Origin: Oopsacas minuta
Lineage: Eukaryota > Animalia > Porifera
DNA length: 64,000 nucleotides
NCBI GenBank assembly: GCA_024704765.1
Contig: JAKMXF010000166.1
Coordinates: forward strand, 186,001-250,000
Direction: 5' to 3'
Shown here: in pieces, positions 45,401 through 57,400 of the stretch
How the letters are laid out: the number at the start of each line of letters is the position of its first letter
Numbering within the stretch: position 1 is the stretch's first letter
Made by a program: the position numbers and the translations under genes
The notes under the pieces: model-generated
Told to the model about the DNA's origin: nothing
What the model saw: the letters and a program-made list of their open reading frames with translations, nothing else
The model's database searches: none

Positions 45401-48400
45401 CCTCAAAATTAACCAACTTTATCAAGAATACGAGAGTTATTCGCAAGAAGAGATATTTGAAATGATGAATGATAATCTTGAAAAAGATTCCAATTCCTCT
45501 TCAATGAAATGTTTCCTTCAATACTATATATCCTGGTCTCATGAATGCCTATACACATGGGTAACTGATCAACTTCAGCAATATTTGAGTCTTGTAAATT
45601 TCACTTTACACCAAACAAAAGAAAATGATGGTTTCCTAGAAAAACAATTATCAAATCTTCAAATAGAAATGGCACCTGTCTTAGTCAATCTACACAAATT
45701 CGTTATTGCATCAGATTTCAATGAAGTTATGAAATCCTTTGCGAAGAATAAACTTAGAATTTCCTGTGAAGTTATTTTTGAAGTCCCCTGCGTTGTTTCT
45801 GTCCCGTCTTATGAAACTATTTCTGAAACTATCCTTGACTGTTTCGATCAGATAGTCACAGTTTTCTCGTCTCTGTTTACTCCGCGTTTTGCTAAATTAT
45901 CAGAAGAAGAAGAAATAAGCGCAATGACCCCTTCACAAATAATTGTAAAAGCAACTAACATTAGATCTGCTATGAAATTTAGCTTGATTGAGCTAATACA
46001 TCCTTTACGTCTTATTTTCAACTTTTTATCTAACTTTGATTCAATTCGTAGAGGAGAGCTATTCCAGACATATGAACAGTTACGTACTCATACAGATTGC
46101 CTACATCTTTCTACTAATATAGTGCATTCTCTGTTTGATATCCTCACGTTTCTGCGAAATTTACCACCTGCGTTTAACCTGGGAATACTCAAGGTTTCTC
46201 TAGCTCCTATACAAATGTCACTAGTTCTCCTAATTCAAATGTGGAAAGATAAATTCAGTTCTTACTTACTGGAGAACTTTGAATCTCAGCTCAATGAAGC
46301 TGTTACAAAGCACGAAATGATACATCAACAATTGGATAAAAAAGTCGAATGCATTTTTGATCTAGACGTCGTATTGAAATATCTATGTGAAATATTCAAT
46401 CTTGAATTCAGCATAGAAGGAACCTTTTCTCAAATTGACCTTAGTTACCAACTTCTAGAATCATATGAGGTCACGATAAAAAGAGCATATCTTGAGGAAG
46501 TTCACGACCTACGAAAAAATTGGCAAATTATACTTGAACGTGCTAAGGAGCTTCAAGAATTATATATTAAACAGAATTATTTAAAGTATCACAGAGATAT
46601 TGAGAGGGAAACAAAGACTTTTGAGATTCAAACTATTAATCTATTGAAACAATTTGAAGCAGAGGGTCCATCTGTTTCTGGTATTGATGCAGAAACAGCT
46701 GTCTCACGATTGAATGCATTCTCTGAAAAGTACACAATTTTTCTTTCTAAAAAAGAGCTTCTCTCATCTCTACAAACCACATATTTCATTCCTACTTCTA
46801 TTTATTCAGATCTTGATAAAGTTGGTAAGGAAATTACTAAATTGAAAGAGCTCTACTTATTGTATGAGAATTTCTGTGCCTTTGAAGATGATTATAATTC
46901 ACAAACTTGGTCTAATATTCAATTTGATAACTGTCATAAACAGATTTGTCAATTTAAACAAGTTTTTGAGGAACTCGATGAATCATTTGCTGAATGGGAC
47001 GCCTATAGAGACTTAGGGGATAGAATTAAATTGGGTCTATTGGTCGTACCTATTTTGCGTAAAATTCAGGACGCAACCTTTAAACCTAGACACTGGCTGC
47101 GGTTAATGGCACTTGGATCAAAACATTTTACCATCAACCCTCAACATCTGACCTTAGAAAAAATACTCAAATTGAAGCTTGTAGAACACAGCTCTGCAAT
47201 TGATGAGATTTGTAAACAAGCACATTCTGAAGCTGAAGTGGATAAAATATTGAAAAGTATCAGTAATGAATTGCAAGATTTAATATTCATATTTGACAAT
47301 ACACAAGATGGACAGCTTCAGCTCTCAGTAGAACCTACCGCGAAAGTTCTCGAGGTCCTAGACCACCATTACGTCACACTTACGACTGTTCTCACAAGTA
47401 AATATATCAGTCATTTCCTAAGTGAAGCAGCTGAATTATCTACTCAAATAACCACAACACAGAAATTTATACAAAACATAACACACTCACAAACTCTAGC
47501 TTTCCAATTAGACAGTATATTTAAGAATAATCAGACAGATGTCCTGCCTACACATTCCTTCAATGAAGCTCAGATTAGTTTTCTAGCAGCTTTTAAGCGA
47601 TGGAAGAAGTTAATAAGTAAGATTGAAGAACCTGCAAACATAGTACTATGCTGTAATCATGAACATTTGAGTGATCAACTTGAATATATTCTAACAGAAT
47701 TTGAGAATTGCCAATTTTCACTTGAGGAGTATCTTGATACGATAAGAAAATCTTACCCATTTCTCTATTTCCTATCAGATAATGATCTGCTAGACTTACA
47801 CCAGCAACAGTTAGATTCAGATGCAATAGTCCCACATGTTAAGCAGTTCTTCCCGCAATTTGTTGAATTTATTTATGAAGAGAAAATTCGTAGACGTAGT
47901 AGTTCTGTAGGGGAACCGGAGAAGAGGATAAAATACATTAAAGGATTCTTATCTTCTATTGGTGAAGAGGTTATTCTACAACACTTGATCCCTGTCAGTA
48001 AAGATACTTTCAATACTCTGAACGAATTGATGCTTGAAACACGTACAACTTTACAGTCAGAATTTTCGTCCATAACGAGAGAAAATCGCGAAAAGAAAAT
48101 GCCAAATGCAGAATATGATCTTTATATATTTAACTGGGAAACGATGACTAGTCAAATTTCTCTAATCACTCTCCATTCAATTTGGACAAAAAATGTTCAA
48201 GAAGCTATTATTAATTTCCGTTCACACAAAAATGCATTAACTGAAGCCTCCTCACTATTTTACCAACACATCAACAGACTACTAGCTCTGGTTAACAATC
48301 CACATAGTTCAAGAAATCCCATCTCTGTACGTAGCAAGCTAGAATGTATTGTGTATTATGGATTATGGCTGAGAGATATAAGCCACGATTTAGCTGAGAA

Positions 48401-51400
48401 GAAGCCGCGAGATATTTCAGATTTTGAATGGCAAAAGTATATACGAATGTATTATCATTCAGTACCTGTATTGGATGAACCAAATTTTGAATTAGTCGAT
48501 ACTAATAAACAGTTAAATCTCACACTTCGCTGTCTTTTCACAGATATTCCTTATGGATTTGATTATATAGGAAATGCTACACCAAATTATTTCCTTACCT
48601 CTTCCAGTAAGACTATGCATTTAATCTATGTATCAATCTTAGAACAGAGACATACACAATTTAAGACTAATCTTCCATTAGAGTTCATGCATTCAGCATC
48701 AGAATTCGCACGTATGCACGGTAGACGCCTGATGCCTTTATGCATACATGACAATCTCTCTCCTAGAGCTATGTCATGCTATTTACTCGGTACACTAATG
48801 TCAAAATCATGGGGGATTATTAATGGATGGAATAACATTAACAAAGAATGTCTTTCTATTTTCAATTCAGTAATTTCACGACTCCACGAATGTCTATTCC
48901 AAATTACAACACCGGATAAGTCAATCTGTATCGAATCCTCTATTCTAATGGTTGTTACAAGTATAGACCATTTTCTACCCTCTAATCTACGCCCCTATTT
49001 CAAGTCTTGTAGTTATATAGCTCCTAATGATCACTACATTTTGAAATTATACTGTCTTGCTCGAGGAATTAGATCATCTAAACAACTAATCGATAAAATG
49101 CTGTGGTTAAAAGATATTCTCCCTATAATGTTCCCTGATGCTTCTCACGTAAGATTCACAATACCATTCTTCATATCGATGCTGAATCATATATCAGCTG
49201 ACAAGTATAAAAACAAGAATGATGCAACGTCACATCGCCCCTCCATCTCTGATAGTGATGTTGAGGATGAATCGAAATGTATAAGAGGACGGAAGAAATC
49301 CATAATCCATGTCCGGGCCATGAAGCAAGTGCAATCACATAGAGTAACATTTGGTAACATTCTATCTCTCCCAACAGATGATAGTCACACTAATCCACCT
49401 GTAACGAATAAAGATCAGAAAATGATTGCATCTTATCTTGTAGATATTTGTGTACCAAGATTTCAACCTCAATTCCATTCTAAGTTTATTTCCCTATTAG
49501 ATACTCTATTCGGTACTTCCCATATGATTGGTATTACAGATAGTATTATACTGATACCTAATTTCGATTCTCTATTTGTTCGAGTATGTACTGAGAATGG
49601 ACTAATCCCAACTCCCATTCTCGAGCAACAAGTATTAGCAATACACCGAGCAGCTAACACATACCACGGATTTATTCTGTATGGGAAACCTGGTACTGGT
49701 AAGACGACAGCTTTCAATGCATTTCTATCTTGTATCAAGAATACTACAGGTGATATTACTAACGATAACATACTCAAGTATAGTAACCACAAAACATATT
49801 ACATCTATCTTAAAACATTGTACTCTCATCTCTCACTGATTGGAAAGGTTGATGAGAGACACTGTTGGAGAGATGGCATTCTCTCTCAAGCTATAAGATA
49901 TGCTAATACTGATTCTAATTGCTTGGTTTGGATTATATTTGATGACATCATAGAAACACCTCTTTTTGAATTCATAGCTTCGTGTATATACAGTTGTTCA
50001 TTAACTCTAAGCAATGGTCAGTGTCTGGTTATCCCGAATAATGTAAGATTTGTATTAGAGACCGTGAATTTATCTTCTCTCAGTCTATCCTACCTCAATC
50101 TATTCCAGATGCTATATTTTGCAGATGATACTGTTAAGTTCGATTCATTCGCTAAGTTATCTATACAGAAACATCCACCACATATACAACCATTTATCCA
50201 AACAGCACTTGATAAGATAATGGGAGCATTCCTACGCAATCATATCATACAATATCCCTCAGTTAATGAATGTAACTTTTCAAGTTTGTTTAAAACATTT
50301 TTCATATACTTCGATCAGCTGATTGTGAACTATATAAACTCTCCATCACAGCCTGACCCTATCAATCTCGGTTTAATTGAGAGATTCACATTATTCGCAT
50401 TACTGTCTTCATTCGGTACACATTTAGAGGAATATAAATGGGCTAGCTTTACACAAGATCTTCACTCTCTAAGTGAATGCTTACCTGACCTAGAACCTGG
50501 ATTAACGATGTATGACTATTGTATTAGCAGTCTAGGAGACTGGGACACTCTACCCATGGTGTATTCAGACGTATATCCTTCCTACAGTATTACATGTAAT
50601 GGCGATATTGTTGTAAAATGCAATAATCTGTACAGAGTTAATATGCTAGCTGAACTATGTAATTCCTCAGAGAGACCTATCATGCTTATTGGTCCTCATT
50701 CATCAGGGAAATCGTGTCTAATTAAGAATCTAATCTATACAAAATGCTATGAAGATACAACGCAAGACGTATTGCATCAAGCCATTGACCCATGTACTAC
50801 CGTATCTTCACTATATGACTCACTATTTTCGCGATTAGAATGTATATACCTTGAGACATACGGCCCACCTAATAACCACAGACTCAATTTCTTCATAGAT
50901 GATTTACATATTGGCCAATCTACCGGTGATGCTAACTCTCCTGTACAAGAATTTATTCGTTGTTTGATTGAGCGTAAAGGTTGTTTTTCTAAAGGTTTCC
51001 CGACCAGATGGCTGAGCCTGAAGGATGTCAATATAATCTGTGCATTAACTTCTGATTCTTATCAACCATGGACTAAATCAAGAATGTCTCAGCATTTCAG
51101 TGTGATTAAATTGTTACCAGAGGTTATGACACAAGACACAGTACACCATTTACTTGATGCACTCACTCAGCCTGAAGGTATGACTAAATACTCTCCAGAT
51201 CTCATAAAAACTATCATAAAAACTTCTCAAACTCTCTACCAACTCGTCAGCACTGTTTTCCAACCTGCTGATATAATTGGCAGAGGTCATTATTACTTCT
51301 CATGGAAAGAATTAGCTTTGATCTTCCATGGATTTAGAGTATGTGCTGATGAACTGTTAGAACGAGAAAGTGACGTATTCAATCTTCTCTACCATATAAC

Positions 51401-54400
51401 TAACAGAGTATACTCAGCTCAATTGTGTAATATCTCAGATATAGAAACTTTTAAATGTATAATGGAGAAACAATGGCAATACGATTCAATGAATACAAGT
51501 TATATTGATATTGAATTTAAAGATATTCCATACTTCACTACATTGGTAGAAGAACATAAGCCAGACAGTGGTAATAGACTTCACCAATCTCTCTCTCACG
51601 CAATGGAGATTAATACAAACATTATTCTACATCCTTCTACACAGACAGACAAGCTAGTTACGTATGCTACTAAATTACAAAATCAATACGATGATAAATT
51701 CGTGGAAAAACCTTGTATTTCAGTTTTAACCATCTCAGACATAAGACAACTAGACTATCTTAGTTTTATTCTAAGTTTACCTAAGAGCAATACCCTTCTA
51801 GTTGGTAGCTACGTGAATAGGTTATGTGATATTGCAAGACTAGCTTATTTTACTGCTGGGTTTGAATATTTAGAATTGATTCTGTCAACAAGACAATCAT
51901 TTATTGATGGCATTAAGACAGCCATAAGACAGGCAGCTTTAGGGTCTAAATCAGTAGGTTTTATTCTTACAGGTGAACAGCTACAGCTGAATTATGTACG
52001 AGAACTTTTCAATACTTATTTAGTAACTGGTCACGTTGATCAGGTATTCTCCTATGATGAGTTTAACAGTCTAGTTAGTTCAATTGAGCCAATTTACAAA
52101 CGTTCTTATGCTAACACATATACTGATGCACGACAGTACTTTTCTGTTCAAATACAAAAGAACCTCAAAGTAATTATTTGTATGGAAATACACAATCCAT
52201 TACTCCTCGATTTCAAAGCATTTCCTGGCTTAATTAAAGGTTGTTACATTTCTCTCTACAAGAATTGGTGTGGTCCAAATTTGATACAGGATATGATTGA
52301 TCTAGTTAATCGCCCTGAATCTAAAATTTGTATTGGATCTTTGCATCCAAACTTCCCAATGGAGAATATTATAACTCTCTGTTCATCTATCCATAATAAA
52401 TTTATACAGGAGGATAGGGTTCTGAATATTATCGATAGAAGCTCTCATTATACAAGGAATGCATTCAATTTACTCGATCCGTTTGTCGACAAGGATTCAC
52501 GGAAGCCTACTTCTTCATCACTGTCTTTACTCTCTTTTGAAGATAAAATAAAATATATACAAGAAAATGAGAAGGTTGGAAAAGAAAGAATTCGATCAAT
52601 CGAAGGTTTGTCTCTTCAAAAATTTATCAAAGTATTTTTCACGATTTATTTGAGTGAATCAAAAAATAATGAACGTAAGGGTAAAAGTCTAAAAAGATGC
52701 ATCTCAACTCGCGAGCATTTACAAAATATGCACGAAGACTTAATTAAAGAAGTTTCCCGGATTGAAGCAGAAATAATTGATAAAGACGCTCAATGCGAAT
52801 CTCTACTGCAGAAACTTAGCCAAATTAGTTGCAAATTAGAATCTGTAAAGGTATTTTCATCTGATTCAGATTCTAATATTCTAAGATCTACTCTTGCTAC
52901 GATACGAAGTCAAGATGAGACGAGTATGGAAATGTTAGACTTTGAAGAAGATAGACAATTAATCTCAAATTTACTTGAAAATGAAACTCAATTGAAACAG
53001 AGCTGTTTTGACGAACAAACCAAAAAACAAAAGGAACGAATTGAAGAGTTACAAATTAACTTAGATATGAATGCAAAACTTGTAGAAGCAGCAGCAAGTG
53101 AAGTGAAAAGCACTTTTAACAAAATCGGACGTATTATGTTAGAAAGCGTTAAATTACTACATACCCCTCCCAAGCATGTAATACAGGTCCTAGAAATTCT
53201 AGTGTTTATTCTTAAAAAGCAACAGAGAACTCTTTCATCCATTTCAACAGAAATGGCGACTTATCATGAACCTGATGCAGTTGCCGACAGCACTACGGTA
53301 CGAGCAAGTAATAGACTATACCCGAACAGAGGAAGTATCATCCCTCTTGTTTCAAGAAGCTCAAATGAAGCATGGAATAGCGTACAACATGGTATTGGAC
53401 AAGATGCACAGAAATTTCTTGATACCTTACAAAAATTGCCCTGGAAATTCGGTTTAGATCCAGAGATAATTCAATACATTGAAAGGAATATATTAACTTC
53501 CAGGAACGCATTTCAGAACAAAGCAGGAGTAACTTTAATAACAGTACAATCTGCTAAACATGCAGCTGAAGGAGCTGGCATTATTTGTGCTTATATAATT
53601 GCTTTAGCTGAATACACTTATGTTTATAGACAGAATTGTGTGTTTGAAGAGGAAATATCCAAACTGAGTGCTGGGATAACTGAAATAAGTCAAAAGCCGA
53701 TCACATCACATATCGATCTGCCTACATTATCCTATGAGAAGCAGTTCCTTGACGAGCAACAAGTAATGGAGTATGATATTGAGAATCTAGAAGCTGAGTT
53801 GAATGAAACTGAGTCAGAATTTCATCGTGCTGTACGCCAACAGTATCAATTGAAAGAGGAATTCAAGAAACAAAAAACTCTCACACAAGCTCTCAGTGAT
53901 ATTCTGAAATCTACAGAATCGTTGAAATCTTCTTGGCAGCAGTCAATTGGATTTCTCTACGATGAACAGACTCTTTTGTATTATTGTATTGCTACTTCTT
54001 TGCTTATCTGTTATCTCGGATCAACACAACCTTCTCTAAGGAAAGTATTCCTTGATGATGCTCTCACCAGAATGTCTCCAAACTTGGAAGAAGAGAAGCA
54101 ATTTAACTTTTCCTATGAAGCATTCAGTGAATTTCTAAATCATATTATCAAGCAAAAACCTAACTTAACAGATATCCCTTGTGATAATTATGTACAAGAG
54201 AATATTTCTATTATCTTCAATCCCTATTTGCCTAGTTTCCCTCTCATCCTCGATCCTTACCGCATGTTCTTATCTTGGATTCGGGAAGAGTCAGGTTTTA
54301 TGTGCACTAGTTACTTTGCTAAAAATTTACTGCAACTCATCGATGTATATTCAAAACAGTCTAAAAAGCTTGTAATTTATGATGTTGACTTAAATGATTT

Positions 54401-57400
54401 AGCAAAAAATAAGGCAATTGTAAATATTCTAATGGCTAAGTCTGTTAGATTTGGTATCACCAGAAAACCAACTTATTCACAGAAAGAATTGTTTTTCCAT
54501 ACATCGTTTAAATTATTCCTTGTCTGTCCAATCAAAAAAGACATTCCTTACTCCCTCCATGGTTACGTAACTCCTGTTCTCTTTACAGCAACGAGGGAAG
54601 GCTTTGTTAAAGATTTGTGTAGAGTTTGTATGTCAGCCTTAGAACCTATTAAATACGCAGACATGCGTAAAAATGAAGCTACGCTCCTGGATTCACGATC
54701 AGCTATCGAAAACTTAGAAAATGAGCTATCAAATGCTCTCTGCATTTCTTTCCAGGTTGACAGTATACTCAGCAAATGCAAAACGATCACTTCACTCAGC
54801 TCTGAATACCAAATAAACAAAGAAAATTGCGAAACTTCCAAAAAATTCCTACATAATTTGTATTACAAAAGTTCTCATGTATTTGATGGAGGGGAGATTG
54901 CAGCTATTGTATTCGATGTCACAAGGTGTATGCAGTCACTCAATACAAACTATCAATCATCATATCCTGCATTCAAACATTTCATAAGGTCAACTGGTGG
55001 GAATATAGATAGGATTAATCCAAAGAATATCCCTAATATGATAATACGAATAGCATATAGCTCTGTAAACCAGTCTTTCTCTGAAGATGATAGAGTGCAT
55101 TTCGCACTCGTGCTAGCTATAGAGATTGAGATCTTTAGGAAGCAAGCACGGAGAAATGACGCTGAGATGCTATTCTCTCCTCTCAATCCGGTTAAACATA
55201 ATACAAAGAAACCATTCGACTGGATGCAAGAGAAGCAATGGGAGAATTTCAATGCGATGGGTCAGTCAGTCAAGAAGATACAGGATGCTGTTGATAGAAT
55301 GGCTCGAGAGGGTCGTGCCACTCAATGGAGAACATTTTGTGAACATGAATCTCCTGAAGAACAAGACTTTCCTGATGGATTAAACAATACACTCTCCCCA
55401 TTAGAGAAACTATTAATCTTAAAATGTGTAAAACAGGACAATCTCAAAAACTCAATCACTCGTTTCATAGACAATTGCTTAGGAGTGGATCTGATCAATG
55501 GTAGTCAAGCAGACTACAATAAGTTTGTATCTAGAGCGTTCCCTCCTGGTGGCCCTCTCCTTATATTCTCTAGCCATCCTCTCTACACCATACTATTGCT
55601 GAATAGTATGATAAAGGATTCTAAGACTACTCTGGACGTTATTCCCTTATATGGTAATCTTCCTGAAGATATTCATCTAGTTTTTGAGGGAATTTCTAAA
55701 GCCGCTAGCCAAGGTAACTGGTTGTTTGTTGAAAACATAGAATTGAATCCCCAGTTAATGAAACTAGTGCCTTATCAATTAGACAGTTTATCTCATTGTC
55801 ATGACTCATTCCGTTTATGGTTTGGGTGTAGTTCAAATGCCTCACTCGATCCTGTATTTGTTCAGAGATGTATCCGTGTATATTTGGGCGTTCCTTTGGA
55901 TCCAAAGAATAGTGCAATACGCTGTCTTGAGTTATTAGACCTTGACGATTGCCTCGAGGCGATCACCCGAACCGAATGGACGCCTATATTACACAATCTA
56001 ATAATGGTCCATGTAGCCTGTAGATACCGTGTGATGCTCTGTCCATCTAGTTTCGGACAACACTATCGGTGGAGTTTAGATTCTTTGATTCGAAGCTTAA
56101 GAATAATATTATTAGAAATAGACCAGTGTGCTAATACTATGCTAACCTATAGCCAGCAGAATAAGCCATTTTCCTGGTCTTGTGTTAAGTATATGATTGG
56201 GGAACTAACCTATGGCAGTGGATTCATTTATGCTGCAGATATAGAATTATTGAATGGCATATTTGATTATTGGTTGAATCCTAATGCTATGAAATCTTTT
56301 CATGAATTTCCACGTTCGCCACATAAAATCCCTAATGCTTTCTTCAAGACGTCTCCTAGACCGAAAGATCTAATTTTAGGATTCTTACATGAGACTAATA
56401 TGCTTCAATTACGCTCTCCTGAGATTTGTGGTCTCTACAGTAAATTTATATTCTTCTCCCCCGACAAAATTGTCAATAATACAAAGTTACTGAACGATAC
56501 TTTGAAAATCTACAGAATAGAAGAACAACAACTTGTAAATATTGGCCCGAGCACTAGAGACAATATTGCACAAGCAGTTGACAAGCTTAAAGGCTATAAA
56601 AAACGCAGTTCTTCATTTTTGGATGTTTCCAAACGTATTATAGGTAGATTTCCCTCACAAACAACTAGTATGACGTCATTGGCAGTTTACGCCACACATC
56701 CTTCTATCCGTGGACTCAAGGATCTGTCTATTCAAGAGAAATGTTCACTTTTACTCAATAACCTACCAAAATTGGTGTCTATAGAAGGTCTTATCAATAA
56801 ATGCGAACAATACTCGAATCAATATTTACAGAGGTTTTTTATACAAGAGCTAAATACCTGGACAAAATGTTTTGGGAATATTCGTAGTGATTTACAGGTT
56901 ATCCAAAATTACCTTCTCTTCTCTAAACTAGTTGGAACATCTTCTATGTTTCTCAAACACGTTATAGATCTACATGAGAATCGTGTACCGCTTAGATGGG
57001 AGAGATTGGTTGGGCCATCTGCCCCACCCAACTACCAGCCGTTCTCCACGTGGATTGAGAATCTTACCAAACGTTATCAATACTTGTTTGAGCTAATAGA
57101 AAGTGGAAATCTTTCTTGTTACAATTTAGGTTATTTTTTCTATCCAGGGTTACTCCTTGCTGCATTTTGTCTTTTGAAACCTAAGACTGACACTCTGAAC
57201 TTTGAAAAGAGTTGTTTGATTGGAGAAATAACTATGAAAGAAAAGGAGCATGTAAAAGACCCTCCACCTAACGGGATGTATGCTTCAGATATAAGCGTAC
57301 ACGGTTGTTTATGGGACAAGGGTACAGGTGAATTTATCGACATGCCAACTCCAAAATTTGTGAACACTGTTCTTCCATTGGTTCACATCACGCGGTTTCA